Assembly: GCA_002441095.1 (NCBI GenBank)
Contig: DJVG01000032.1
Coordinates: 59 to 64,058 of the forward strand
Reading direction: 5' to 3'
Origin: Elusimicrobia bacterium UBA6262
GTDB lineage: Bacteria > CAYTYR01 > UBA6262
Length of the DNA stretch: 64,000 nucleotides
The stretch's first letter is position 1. The number at the start of each line of letters is the position of its first letter. This document shows, piece after piece, positions 37,790-47,532 of the stretch. The position numbers and the translations under genes are program-made. The notes beneath the pieces were generated by a model. That model saw only the letters and a program-made list of their open reading frames with translations, made no database searches and was not told the DNA's origin.

Positions 37790-38284
37790 TTATTTTTTCA
37801 ATTTTTCAAGGTTCATCAGCCGTTCGACCAGAAAATTCAAATGCCGGCGTTCTTCCAGTATTATTTTCTTAAACGTTTTTTTACCTTTGCTGTTAGCGCT
37901 ATTCTGCCAGGCTTCAGTATAGAAAAGGATGGAATCCTTCTCTGCCTGGATACCAATATGGATGGCTTCATATTCAGTTAAGGCGGCCAGACTTTCACGG
38001 GGAATACTCTTAAGATCATAAAAAATACCCGGCCGCACCAGGTTCGCCAGATATTGACGTGCTTCATCATTCGGGCCAAGCGGTTTGTTATCCCTTACCC
38101 CTAATTCGCTTTGCAGTTTTTTAAACGTATCGAAATGTTCCCGTTCGTCACTGGCTAATTGCCGGAAGATATGCCGGGACTCGGCATTTTTTGATTTATC
38201 AGCGCAGCTTTCGTAAAAGCTGACGCCCTCTTCTTCCAGGTTTAGAGCTACATCATAAGCTTCTTTTGCGCTTAAATATTTCAT
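37790..38284 (-). CDS. Ferritin-like/rubrerythrin-family diiron protein (no rubredoxin domain)
   Basis: E..E..H motifs (LEEEGVSFY...DEREHFD; ILEERRHL). Confidence 0.55.
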   Translation of the reverse strand: MKYLSAKEAYDVALNLEEEGVSFYESCADKSKNAESRHIFRQLASDEREHFDTFKKLQSELGVRDNKPLGPNDEARQYLANLVRPGIFYDLKSIPRESLAALTEYEAIHIGIQAEKDSILFYTEAWQNSANSKGKKTFKKIILEERRHLNFLVERLMNLEKLKK

Positions 38285-38305
38285 CGCCTTCTCCTCAATT
38301 TATGG

Positions 38306-38770
38306 CTACTTTCTGGCTTGTTTTACATAGTCCACAATTTTACCGTACTCAGGTGTCGGCTCCCCGATCATTTGCCCTTTTTTATCATACACTCTCACAT
38401 TAGGCACAAACTGTATAGCATATTGTTTGGCTACATCACTGCTCCAGTTCACGATATTGATCTTACGTAATAATATATTATCGTATTGATTGACCAGTTC
38501 TTCGATCTTTGGCCCTAATATTTTGCACGGGCCGCACCAATCGGCATAGAAATCAAAAACTATTACATAATCCTTAACCAGGTACTTTTGCAGGTCTACG
38601 GTTTCCCCATTAGAGATAAGCTTTATCTTGTCGCTGTCGCCACTTGGATTGCTGGGGCCTGCTGTCGCCGGGCCCGACACGATGGGGGCGGAAGATTGGG
38701 AATGAAGATAGATCAAGGCAACAATCAATCCGGCGATGGTCAATATTCCAGCGATGATGAGTTTTTTCAT
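38306..38770 (-). CDS. Membrane-anchored thioredoxin-family protein
   Basis: N-terminal TM helix; FYADWCGPCK active site. Confidence 0.8.
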   Translation of the reverse strand: MKKLIIAGILTIAGLIVALIYLHSQSSAPIVSGPATAGPSNPSGDSDKIKLISNGETVDLQKYLVKDYVIVFDFYADWCGPCKILGPKIEELVNQYDNILLRKINIVNWSSDVAKQYAIQFVPNVRVYDKKGQMIGEPTPEYGKIVDYVKQARK

Positions 38771-38782
38771 TAATTTTCCCCT

Positions 38783-39346
38783 TTATTTTACTTGTCCGGC
38801 ATATTTAAATTTTATCATAACTTTGACCAGCTTACTGTACAATTCAAGTTCTTGGGTCAGTTTTGGCGCCGGTTCGATGATCCTGGAAAATCCTTCCCAG
38901 ATACCAAACCAGCCCAAGGGGATCAAAACTATACCCAATAATTCTATTTGCAACTGTCCTAAGAGTTTATAAAAAGTAACCATCGACATGACTCCGAGCG
39001 CCACTATACCCAGGACAATAAACAAACCTCCTTTAGCGCGATGATGATTCAATTCCCTGGTTAATGACAAAAACCTGAATTTAAAATATTGCTTCAACCG
39101 TTTAATGACGATCCGTTCCGTATTATCATCCTTGAATAATAGCGGGGCATAGATAGTAATGATATAATTACCCCGTTGGGTTTCACGATACCGCTTCCGC
39201 AGTTCAGAAAGGAAATCCCCAGACAAGACCCGTTGTTCCAACGGACTGGGGTCAAAATCAGAAAAGATATCATCCCAGGAATCAATGGCAATTGAGATTT
39301 CCTGTATATCCCTTATGTGTTCATTTGGGCTAAGTCCTTCATCCAT
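38783..39346 (-). CDS. Hypothetical membrane protein (two C-terminal TM helices)
   Basis: ORF with hydrophobic segments LFIVLGIVALGVMSMV / LLGIVLIPLGWFGIW. No recognisable family. Confidence 0.4.
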   Translation of the reverse strand: MDEGLSPNEHIRDIQEISIAIDSWDDIFSDFDPSPLEQRVLSGDFLSELRKRYRETQRGNYIITIYAPLLFKDDNTERIVIKRLKQYFKFRFLSLTRELNHHRAKGGLFIVLGIVALGVMSMVTFYKLLGQLQIELLGIVLIPLGWFGIWEGFSRIIEPAPKLTQELELYSKLVKVMIKFKYAGQVK

Positions 39347-39349
39347 AAT

Positions 39350-40177
39350 TTACCCACTCTGTTTTTTGTTTTTCTTAAAAAATGTGCCGAAATAAACTAC
39401 TTTGGACCGGACCCGCATTCCCTGACGCAACTGGCTCAAAGGCAATCCTAACTTTTCCCGGAAAGTGATCCGTCTTACCCGTTCCCCTGTTTTTGGCGCT
39501 TCGATCATCTCTTCGCCGCCGGCATAGATCAAGACATGCTTAACTTCATTCCTGGCGCTGGCATTAGCCAGGAAAACCAGGTCTCCTGGTAATAACTGAT
39601 TCCGGCCGATAGGCTGGGCTTTACGAAACTGATCATTGGCATTGCGCGGGGTAATAACGCCTATCCGGCGATAAACCCAATTAACTAATCCCGAACAGTC
39701 AACCCCAGTCAGGTTTTTTTTATAATCCGGATCATAAAGAGAACAGCCACCCCACAAATACTGGGAATCCAGGTGCTGGGCGGCCTTTACCAGTACGATT
39801 TTGCGCAGTTGATTTTCAGGCAGGTTATATTTAACTATTTTTTGCATTTTACTGAGATCTTCAGTCAGCTGGTCCGCCCTGACCCACCCCGGGCATCCTT
39901 CCCAGCGCTTACTTCGATAATTATAGACTAATTGGTCTGGACACTGCACCCTGGCCCATTCCCCATCCACATCCCAGACTAAAACTACTTCCCCTTTTTC
40001 CACCTGGGTATTTTGCCAAGGGTCCTGTTCATATTTACCACTATGTTCGATCGGCCACACCCGGACATCTGCAGCACTAACCTTGACGATCATAGGTTTT
40101 GGCTCTTTATAACTGGCTCCTAAAAACACAAGCCCGAATAAAAATATCAAAATAATATAAGCTTTATGAATCTTCAA
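39350..40177 (-). CDS. NlpC/P60 (C40) family peptidase with N-terminal SH3-like region
   Basis: Signal peptide; DCSGLVNWVYRRIGV...H catalytic region. Confidence 0.75.
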   Translation of the reverse strand: MKIHKAYIILIFLFGLVFLGASYKEPKPMIVKVSAADVRVWPIEHSGKYEQDPWQNTQVEKGEVVLVWDVDGEWARVQCPDQLVYNYRSKRWEGCPGWVRADQLTEDLSKMQKIVKYNLPENQLRKIVLVKAAQHLDSQYLWGGCSLYDPDYKKNLTGVDCSGLVNWVYRRIGVITPRNANDQFRKAQPIGRNQLLPGDLVFLANASARNEVKHVLIYAGGEEMIEAPKTGERVRRITFREKLGLPLSQLRQGMRVRSKVVYFGTFFKKNKKQSG

Positions 40178-40261
40178 AATGTTTTCCTCATAGTTTTTGT
40201 CAATATATTATACCGCTTTTAGGGTTTACTGGCAATTGTATTTAATGCCCTAATACTTCCT

Positions 40262-40294
40262 TAAATAAAAGAGGGGCTGCTTTGGGCAGCCCCT
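40262..40294 (-). terminator. Intrinsic terminator after the lipoprotein gene 40317-40817
   Basis: AGGGGCTGC-tttg-GGCAGCCCCT stem (9 bp), followed on the minus strand by UUUAUUUAA. Confidence 0.6.
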
Positions 40295-40316
40295 GCTTGT
40301 TTTAGCGGATAGCCAA

Positions 40317-40817
40317 TTAGTACCTGGCGATCTCCTTATTACTGCTGTCCATAACGATTACCTGACCATTGGTCATAGTCTTAGCGGTCATTAATAATTG
40401 GCCGCTCCTATCTCTGCAGATAGCACTGCCGTCAGCGCTTTTTTCGAAGAGCACTGTCTTTAATGGCTGGGTTTTATCAAACAAATCCATTTTCATTCTG
40501 TTGTTGCCGTAAAAGGCCAGAACTGCCTGCTTATCTTCCACTGAGACTACTTTAATAGTCTTGCCATTGGCCGCAGTTACCGGGTTTTTACCGGTCCAGA
40601 ATTCGATGGAATTGATCACAATAGCATCAACAAATGTGCAAACTCCGTATACCGGGACAATATTCATCACCAGGAATACTACTTCATTAACCCACTTATC
40701 TCCCACTTCCCCATTCCATTTCCACAGCTTTCTGGTGAGCTGGAACGAGCCATAACACCCGGACAGGACAAAAGAAAATAAGCAAACAACCAGTACTAAA
40801 CTAATGAACTTTTTCAT
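40317..40817 (-). CDS. Hypothetical lipoprotein
   Basis: Start at the MKKFISLVLVVCLFSFVLSGC ATG (40817) with GGAGAGGGGG SD. An intrinsic terminator follows the gene. Confidence 0.5.
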   Translation of the reverse strand: MKKFISLVLVVCLFSFVLSGCYGSFQLTRKLWKWNGEVGDKWVNEVVFLVMNIVPVYGVCTFVDAIVINSIEFWTGKNPVTAANGKTIKVVSVEDKQAVLAFYGNNRMKMDLFDKTQPLKTVLFEKSADGSAICRDRSGQLLMTAKTMTNGQVIVMDSSNKEIARY

Positions 40818-40933
40818 GATTGTCACCCCCTCTCCCCACATATACAATATAGCTAATGCTATTTTAACTCCAAAATGGCTGAAAGTCCACTCTTAAATTT
40901 ATTACCTCTTTCATTAAGCCGGTAAGCTTGGCT

Positions 40934-41593
40934 TCAGGCCTTATTAATAGCAGCCAACACTTCCTTGAAATCTTTAGTGCGGCAGTTATAATCCGCTAAC
41001 TCTGCCAGTCCGCTATAGGACGTATTGAAAGCGATAGCATAACCGGCAATCCTGGCAGCAGGCACATCTGTGGCTGAATCCCCGACAAATATAGCCTGTT
41101 CCGGTTTGATGCCTGCTTTTCTTAATAATCTCTTGAAGGCTTTTCCTTTTTCCCCATGAGCAACATTTATTTTTACCTGTCCGGTCAGCCGTCCATGCCG
41201 CACATACAGCTTATTGCAGATACAATGATCGATCTGCAGATCTTTTTTAACCTTTAGGGCCAACAGGTCCAGGCCGGTAGAAAGAATTGCCAGCTTGAAT
41301 CCCAGCTCTTTTAGTTTTTTAAGCGTGTTTTTTACATTCCGGCTATAGGGAATAGCATGTAAATGCCTGGTAATATTAGCAGCCGGCAGGTTTTTCCAGC
41401 GCTGGGCATCCAGCTCACAAAACCGGCGATAACTGATCTTTCCCTTGAGGAATTGTTCCTGGTAATGGCAGGCATCTTCATCCCACATCCCCAGCTTTTC
41501 ATGGATGAGCTGCCAGGAACTTATATGCCGGGTCAAGGTCCCATCCATATCAAACACCACAATTTTATATCGTAAACTTTTGTTGTCTCGCAT
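40934..41593 (-). CDS. HAD-superfamily hydrolase, phosphoserine phosphatase-like (HAD-IB)
   Basis: VVFDMDGTLT motif I; GDSATDVPAARIAGYAIAF motif III. Confidence 0.7.
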   Translation of the reverse strand: MRDNKSLRYKIVVFDMDGTLTRHISSWQLIHEKLGMWDEDACHYQEQFLKGKISYRRFCELDAQRWKNLPAANITRHLHAIPYSRNVKNTLKKLKELGFKLAILSTGLDLLALKVKKDLQIDHCICNKLYVRHGRLTGQVKINVAHGEKGKAFKRLLRKAGIKPEQAIFVGDSATDVPAARIAGYAIAFNTSYSGLAELADYNCRTKDFKEVLAAINKA

Positions 41594-41628
41594 TTAGCAT
41601 CCAGCTTCTAGTATTTAGCAGCTTTTAC

Positions 41629-41663
41629 TTTACACCTCTACACCTTTATAGCTTTACACCTGT
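41629..41663. repeat. Tandem YTACACCT octamers (AGGTGTA on the coding strand) spanning the rlmN stop, upstream of the HAD gene
   Basis: cTTTACACCTCTACACCTTTATAGCTTTACACCTg. The last units encode the rlmN C-terminal residues ...TGVKL. Confidence 0.6.
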
Positions 41664-42677
41664 CTTTTGCGCCGCCAATTGTCCGCAAGCGGCAAAAATA
41701 TCAGCGCCCCGCGATTTCCTGATAGTCACTGGGACCTTTCTGCTTTTTAGCCAGGATTCAAATTGTTCCATACTTTTTTGGCTGACTGGCTTGTACTTCA
41801 ATTCGGGGAAAGGATTAAAGAACAGTAAATTAACTTTCCCTTTTAAATCCCGCGCGATAGTGGCCAACCGCTGGGCATCTTCCAGAGTGTCATTGAACTT
41901 TTTTAAGAGAACATATTCCAAAGTCACAATACGTCCGGTTTTTTGAAAATAATCCATACACGATTTAAGCACTTCTCTTAACGGGTATTTTTTATTAATG
42001 GGCATGAGCTTGGTGCGTTGTTCATCGGTGGTGGCATGCAGGGAAAGAGAGAGGTTTACCTGACAGTCAAAAGCTGCAAGCTTGGCTATACCGGGCAGAT
42101 AGCCGGCCGTGGAAAGAGTGATCCGGCGCGCCGCAAGGCCCAGCCCTTCCTGGCTATTGATGAGCTGGATAGATTGGCTGACATGGTCATAATTATCCAA
42201 TGGTTCGCCCATACCCATAAAGACAATATTAGTGATCTTGGTTTTTGCCTGACGCTGAACATACAGTAGTTGGTCTACTATCTCTCCTGCCGTAAGATGA
42301 CGTACAAAGCTTTTCAGACCGCTGGCGCACATGCCGCAGGAGAATTTACACCCTACCTGGGTGGAGACACAGAGCGTTCTACGCTCGCCGGCAGGAATAA
42401 AAACAGCTTCTACCTGGTTGCGGTCAGTCAAGGTTAACAAGTACTTGCGAGACCTATCCTGGGAAATATATTCCTGGGCACCGGCAAAAGCATTAAGCTC
42501 ATAATTCCCGGCTAAAACCTGTAATACTTGTTGGGGCAGGTTATTCATTTCAGCAAAGTCCCGCACCCCTTTTTTATAAAGCCAGTGAAAGACCTGGTTG
42601 GCGCGGTATTCCGGTAACCCCAACCGCCTAAAATCTTTCTTTAGTCCCGTCAAAGAATATTCTTTTAATAATGGCAA
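41646..42677 (-). CDS. rlmN: 23S rRNA (adenine2503-C2)-methyltransferase, radical SAM
   Basis: [18 protein letters not shown] radical SAM motif; RlmN/Cfr family length and motifs. Confidence 0.85.
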   Translation of the reverse strand: MPLLKEYSLTGLKKDFRRLGLPEYRANQVFHWLYKKGVRDFAEMNNLPQQVLQVLAGNYELNAFAGAQEYISQDRSRKYLLTLTDRNQVEAVFIPAGERRTLCVSTQVGCKFSCGMCASGLKSFVRHLTAGEIVDQLLYVQRQAKTKITNIVFMGMGEPLDNYDHVSQSIQLINSQEGLGLAARRITLSTAGYLPGIAKLAAFDCQVNLSLSLHATTDEQRTKLMPINKKYPLREVLKSCMDYFQKTGRIVTLEYVLLKKFNDTLEDAQRLATIARDLKGKVNLLFFNPFPELKYKPVSQKSMEQFESWLKSRKVPVTIRKSRGADIFAACGQLAAQKTGVKL

Positions 42678-43204
42678 CTGGCTCCGCCTTTTTTCCGCAG
42701 ATATTCCTGATGGTACTCCTCAGCCGGCCAAAACTCTGCTGCCGGCACTATTTCAGTAACAATTGGGCCTTGATACCGGCCGGAGCCCTGCAGGTTTTCC
42801 TTGGACTTGACAGCTGCTGTTTGCTGTTTAGGCGAGTGAAAGAAAATTGCCGACCGGTACTGGCTGCCTTTGTCCGGGCCTTGCCTGTTGACCTGAGTCG
42901 GATCGTGTATTTTCCAGAATATTTCCAGTAGTTTCTCATAACTAACCAGTGCCGTGTCATACTCTACCAGCACCGCTTCAGCATGGCCGGTTTTACCTGT
43001 ACACACGTTTTCATACGTAGGTTTCTGGAAATGACCGCCGGTATAGCCAGCGGTAGTGGCCAGCACGCCCTGGACATTCAGGAAAGCTTCTTCCACACCC
43101 CAGAAACAGCCAGCCGCAAATGTTGCTTTTTCAGTGGCCATTTGCCCCTCCGCCATGCCAAACAAGCCCAAACTTATTATGCAAAGTAAAAATATTTGTT
43201 TCAT
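42665..43204 (-). CDS. msrA: Peptide methionine-S-sulfoxide reductase (secreted)
   Basis: Signal peptide; [10 protein letters not shown] active site. Confidence 0.85.
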   Translation of the reverse strand: MKQIFLLCIISLGLFGMAEGQMATEKATFAAGCFWGVEEAFLNVQGVLATTAGYTGGHFQKPTYENVCTGKTGHAEAVLVEYDTALVSYEKLLEIFWKIHDPTQVNRQGPDKGSQYRSAIFFHSPKQQTAAVKSKENLQGSGRYQGPIVTEIVPAAEFWPAEEYHQEYLRKKGGASCHY

Positions 43205-43279
43205 AATGTTTTGCCTTTTCTTCCAACTATCAACAATGCCTGCCCGCCAACGTTTGCTGGGAGGGAACTATCAACTGTT

Positions 43280-43858
43280 TTAATAGTTCTCTGCCAATAC
43301 TTCATAATACGCCTGCGGATGCTTGCAAGCCGGGCACATCTCCGGTGCAACAGGCCCTTCATGGATATAGCCGCAATTGCGGCAGCGCCAGCGAACCGGC
43401 TGGTCCTTTTTAAAAACCTGCTTATTCTCGATATTTTTCGCCAGGTCCAGATACCGCTGTTCATGCCCTTTTTCCACTTTGGCAATATTATTGAAAGCTG
43501 CGGCAACTTCCTTGAACCCTTCCTCTACGGCTATCTTAGCGGCATTAGGGTAAAGGGTCCCCCACTCCATATTCTCTCCTGCCGCTGCGGCCTTCAGGTT
43601 TTCCAGGGTCGTACCGATCTTGCCGGCTGGATAGGTAGCCGTGATCTCCGTTTCCCCGCCTTCCAGGAATTTAAAGAAAACTTTGGCATGCTCTTTTTCA
43701 TTATCCGCTGTATCCTGGAAGATAGCGGCTATTTGTTCATAACCTTCTTTTTTGGCTACCCCGGTAAAATAAGTATACCTGTTCCTGGCCTGCGATTCCC
43801 CGGCAAATGACGCCAGGAGATTCTTCTCGGTTTTGGTTCCCTTCAATGACTTGCTCAT
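43280..43858 (-). CDS. rbr: Rubrerythrin (diiron domain + C-terminal rubredoxin-like CxxC..CxxC)
   Basis: KTEKNLLASFAGESQARNRY...EKEHAKVFF...WRCRNCGYIHEG..CPACKHP. Confidence 0.85.
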   Translation of the reverse strand: MSKSLKGTKTEKNLLASFAGESQARNRYTYFTGVAKKEGYEQIAAIFQDTADNEKEHAKVFFKFLEGGETEITATYPAGKIGTTLENLKAAAAGENMEWGTLYPNAAKIAVEEGFKEVAAAFNNIAKVEKGHEQRYLDLAKNIENKQVFKKDQPVRWRCRNCGYIHEGPVAPEMCPACKHPQAYYEVLAENY

Positions 43859-43891
43859 GACAAACCTCCTTATGGTTTTTAGATCAATGTA

Positions 43892-43935
43892 TTAACAAGA
43901 CTATTATAGTCCTATTTAGATTATTTGTCAATAAT
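43892..43935 (-). promoter_or_regulatory. Consensus sigma70 promoter of the rubrerythrin gene with overlapping Fur/PerR-like AT-rich inverted repeat
   Basis: Minus strand reads TAATAATTATTGACA-17 nt-TATAAT...AAGGAGG-6 nt-ATG. The ATAATTATTA inverted repeat overlaps the -35 hexamer. Confidence 0.6.
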
Positions 43936-44010
43936 TATTACACGTAAGGCTCATTCCGCTGTCTTAATTCTATCCCTGTTTTCCCTTAAAATCAATAGTT
44001 TTCAGGAAAT

Positions 44011-44036
44011 AAAAAAAGCCCCCTGCGCAGGCGAGC
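44011..44036 (-). terminator. Possible intrinsic terminator after the GGDEF-PilZ gene
   Basis: Minus-strand RNA GCCUGCGCAGGGGGC followed by U7. The stem is short, hence low confidence. Confidence 0.35.
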
Positions 44037-44087
44037 CATGTCCCGGACTATAAGAATATGCTTAATTTATTGCGCCATTATACTGCT

Positions 44088-45650
44088 TTATTCGGTTACC
44101 GGCAGGAAGGATTCGCTCATAAACAAACCAATCCGGTAGAGATGATTGGCCAGTTTATCTTCATGCACCACCCGGCATTTATAATCTACCGGCCGGCCAT
44201 TACCTAAGGTAATGCGGCATTGCAAGTCTTCTTGCAGTGGGATCTTTTCCTCGGCGTAGAGCAGCATGCCCCGCTGGGAAACATCCAGGATATCCAGGGG
44301 CTCCTTAAAGAATTTCTTGGCCCCTTCACTGATCTGGACAGTGATCTTCTGTTTGGGTTTAATGCGCAGCCATCTTCTCTTTTCAATCTTGATCTTGTTG
44401 CGGCCGCTGTTCTTAGCCAGGTAGAGGGCTTTATCAACCGCTTCTAATAATTCCGTAGTGGTCCGGCCATTCGTGGGGAAGGAAGCAACCCCGGCGCTGA
44501 AGGTCAGCAGCGGCGGCTGTTTCCCTTCCAGGTATACAGTCTCGATTTTAGTATTCTCAGCTACAAATTTAATACGGTTCATGACCGCAAGGATCTGCTC
44601 GGCAGAGGCTTCCGGCAGGATCAACAGGAATTCATCGCCTCCAAAGCGGCCAACAGAGTCAACTTCCCGCAGGTTCTCGGTAATATCTTTGGCCAAAACT
44701 TTCAGGACTTCATTGCCTACCTGGTGATTATATTCATCGTTTATTTTCTTAAAATGGTCTATATCGATCATGACCACGGTCATTTCCCGGACATAACGCT
44801 TGGCCAAAGCCAGTTCTTTTTCCAGCAATTGCATGATCCAGCGGTAATTAATACATTTCGTAAGCTCATCATGATAGGCTAATTCTTCCAGTTCTTTTTT
44901 CACCTTGGTCTCAACGATTAACTTATTCTCTATTTCATACAAATACCCCATCAGTACGCCTTCGGTAAAAAACGCGAAAAACCTCAGGAACATGCCTTTA
45001 AATACCAGGTCCCTGGCCGGCCAACCAGAAAAAATAGTGAGCTCTACCAGGAAAATACAGGTAGAAACCAGGGCCGTAATAATCCCGCCCTTTACGCCAA
45101 ACCATAGGCCGGCAATAGAGATCAACAGAATATACAAGTAACCCAGGGAAACGCCGAATGAATGGACCACCTGCCGCAAGATGATCAATAAGATAAATCC
45201 CATAATGATCACGCCCTGCCGGATCGGGTTAGAGGGGAAAAGTTCCAGCAGGTTTTCCCGGACATGATGATGTATTTTCTTTAATTGATCCTTAATTGTG
45301 CTCTTCTCATCGGACATGGTCTCACACATATCTACAATATAACCGATCACGATCCCGTTCACCAGGTAAGCCAGGAATCTTAGCAATATCCCGTGATACA
45401 CAAACTGCCGGCCAGGCCAGCCTTTATAGACCAGTACTTCTATGGTGAAAATGAGGCAGGAAATGACTGCTGCGGTAAATCCTCCTTTTAAACCGTACCA
45501 GGAAGCAGCCAGCGTAATCAGCAATACATACATATAGCCGATGGAAATAGCAAATTCATGGGCCATTTGCCGGAATAATATCAGCAACAGGAAACTAATG
45601 ATAAAAAAATTAATGCGAAACTTATTGGATTTCGTGAAGCTCAGAACCAT
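44088..45650 (-). CDS. Membrane diguanylate cyclase (GGDEF) with internally duplicated N-terminal membrane module and C-terminal PilZ-like domain
   Basis: RFGGDEFLLILP GGDEF motif. Two roughly 110-aa membrane repeats (FRQMAHEFAISIGYMYVLLITLAASWYGLKGG.. and LRQVVHSFGVSLGYLYILLISIAGLWFGVKGG..). C-terminal PilZ-like segment. Confidence 0.75.
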   Translation of the reverse strand: MVLSFTKSNKFRINFFIISFLLLILFRQMAHEFAISIGYMYVLLITLAASWYGLKGGFTAAVISCLIFTIEVLVYKGWPGRQFVYHGILLRFLAYLVNGIVIGYIVDMCETMSDEKSTIKDQLKKIHHHVRENLLELFPSNPIRQGVIIMGFILLIILRQVVHSFGVSLGYLYILLISIAGLWFGVKGGIITALVSTCIFLVELTIFSGWPARDLVFKGMFLRFFAFFTEGVLMGYLYEIENKLIVETKVKKELEELAYHDELTKCINYRWIMQLLEKELALAKRYVREMTVVMIDIDHFKKINDEYNHQVGNEVLKVLAKDITENLREVDSVGRFGGDEFLLILPEASAEQILAVMNRIKFVAENTKIETVYLEGKQPPLLTFSAGVASFPTNGRTTTELLEAVDKALYLAKNSGRNKIKIEKRRWLRIKPKQKITVQISEGAKKFFKEPLDILDVSQRGMLLYAEEKIPLQEDLQCRITLGNGRPVDYKCRVVHEDKLANHLYRIGLFMSESFLPVTE

Positions 45651-45726
45651 ACCAGGATCCTTTCTGTGTCGCTCATATATTATGTATTAAATATAGCACG
45701 AATTATTGATCTGTAAAGCTATTTAT

Positions 45727-47412
45727 TCAATGGTGTAGCAAGGCTCTCTTCTGTTGTTCTTTTTTCCCTGGTTCTTGTTCAACAAAAATATTCCGACCCG
45801 TAAAGGGATCTTTCCCGGTATAATACATTAAAGCTGAATAGGTAGAAGGCAACGGGGTGAATATCTGCACCTGTTCCGGTAACATTTTAAGTTCCCGGCT
45901 CGCAAACTTTTTTAGCGCGCGCATATCTGCCAATTCACAACCAGGATGGGCCGCGATCAAATAATAGGTTAAGAACTGTCTCTGTCCTGATTCTTTATTC
46001 AACCGTTTAAATTCTGCCCGGAATTTTACCAGGTACCCGGGTCCCGGCTTACCCATGGCTGCTAATACCCTGCTTTCAGAATGCTCCGGAGCGATTTTCA
46101 ATTGCCCGGAAACATGATGTTTTACTATTTCCCGGAGATAATCAAGCCCTGACTTGTGATCATCCAACACCATATCATACCGGAGGCCAGAGGCCACAAA
46201 TACTTTTTTTACGCCAGGTAACTGGCTGATCTTTTGTAAAAGATTAATCTGGGGCCGATGATCCAGGGGCAACTGCCGGCATTTTTTAGGGAACAGGCAT
46301 CTTTTGTTAGTGCAACTGCCGGATTTAAGTTTTCTTGCACATTCTATAGCATACATATTGGCAGTCGGGCCGCCGACATCCATAATATAGCCCTTGAAAT
46401 CAGGCAATTTCGCGATGGTCGTGGCCTCTTTAATGATCGATCCCTCACTGCGGGAAATAACCGTCCGGCCCTGGTGCACGGTGATCGAGCAGAAATTACA
46501 TTCACCGTAACATCCCCGGTGGGTAGTAAGTGAAAATTTGATCGTTTCCAAAGCTTTAACCAGGCCCTGCTTTTTGTAATAAGGGTGAACATCCCGCTGG
46601 TAATCAAGATCAAAAACATGATCCAGCTCCTGCTGATTCATACTTTGACTGGGCGGATTGTGAACCAAGTACCTGGTATCCTGCAGTTGGCACAACCCCT
46701 GGGCGGTCAAGGGATCATTGTTCTGGCAGAACAAGTGAAACATTTCAATGAATTTTTGTTTATCGGCAGATACTGCGTCATAGGACGGCAAAAGCAGATA
46801 GCCGGTTTTGGGAGACTTGGAAATATAACAAAGGCCTCTTATCTCGTTGATATCTTCATTATTCTTGATCTTGCCTGCAAGTTCCAGCAGGCTTTTCTCA
46901 GCCATGCCATAAACTAAAATATCAGCCTTAGCATCAAAAAGAACAGACTTGCGTATCTTGGCATCCCAATGATCATAATGGGCCACACGGCGCAAAGACG
47001 CTTCAATGCCACCCAGAACCAGGGGTTTGGTATTTTTAAAATATCTCCTGATCAGGTTGGCATATACTATCGTAGCGCGGTCGGGCCTTTTGTTATTATC
47101 ACCACCAGGAGTCAGGTCATCCTGCCGGCGCCTTTTACCCGAAGCTGTGAAATTAGCGACCATGGAATCGATCGAACCGGCAGTAATACCCCAAAAAAGG
47201 CCTGGCTCACCGAGCCGCATTATATCTGTACTGCCGGTAATATCCGGCTGGGCAATCACGCCAACCCGGTAACCATCACTGGCTAGCAGGTTACCGATCA
47301 CGGCTATGCCAATATACGGGCTGTCAATATAGGTATCGCCGGAGACGAGGATAATATCCAGCTTGTCCCAGCCGAGCGCTTGCATTTCTGTTTTGTTGGT
47401 GGGTAAAAACAT
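45727..47412 (-). CDS. ygiQ: YgiQ-family radical SAM protein (UPF0313)
   Basis: N-terminal DIILVSGDTYIDSPYIGIAVIGNLL; radical SAM CxxxCxxC (CYGECNFC). Confidence 0.7.
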   Translation of the reverse strand: MFLPTNKTEMQALGWDKLDIILVSGDTYIDSPYIGIAVIGNLLASDGYRVGVIAQPDITGSTDIMRLGEPGLFWGITAGSIDSMVANFTASGKRRRQDDLTPGGDNNKRPDRATIVYANLIRRYFKNTKPLVLGGIEASLRRVAHYDHWDAKIRKSVLFDAKADILVYGMAEKSLLELAGKIKNNEDINEIRGLCYISKSPKTGYLLLPSYDAVSADKQKFIEMFHLFCQNNDPLTAQGLCQLQDTRYLVHNPPSQSMNQQELDHVFDLDYQRDVHPYYKKQGLVKALETIKFSLTTHRGCYGECNFCSITVHQGRTVISRSEGSIIKEATTIAKLPDFKGYIMDVGGPTANMYAIECARKLKSGSCTNKRCLFPKKCRQLPLDHRPQINLLQKISQLPGVKKVFVASGLRYDMVLDDHKSGLDYLREIVKHHVSGQLKIAPEHSESRVLAAMGKPGPGYLVKFRAEFKRLNKESGQRQFLTYYLIAAHPGCELADMRALKKFASRELKMLPEQVQIFTPLPSTYSALMYYTGKDPFTGRNIFVEQEPGKKEQQKRALLHH

Positions 47413-47466
47413 AAGTTAGGCTCTACTTCGTTCCGCTAACTGATTATTACAAAGATTATACCCCCT

Positions 47467-47485
47467 AGTTTTGCAGTGCAAAACT
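47467..47485. promoter_or_regulatory. Perfect 9-1-9 palindrome AGTTTTGCA-g-TGCAAAACT upstream of ygiQ
   Basis: Direct reading. Located 55-75 nt upstream of the ygiQ start and 48 nt downstream of the eda stop. Confidence 0.4.
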
Positions 47486-47532
47486 GACAGGGAGTACAGG
47501 CACAGATTTTAAAGAAGAGGAATTTCAAATTC

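Noticed and set aside
36518-38770. Rubredoxin reductase-like / ferritin-like / thioredoxin cluster as a novel oxidative-stress system
   Set aside because: This gene set (NADH oxidoreductase, rubrerythrin-family protein, thioredoxin, plus rbr and msrA nearby) is a well-known anaerobe oxidative-stress repertoire, not a novel system.
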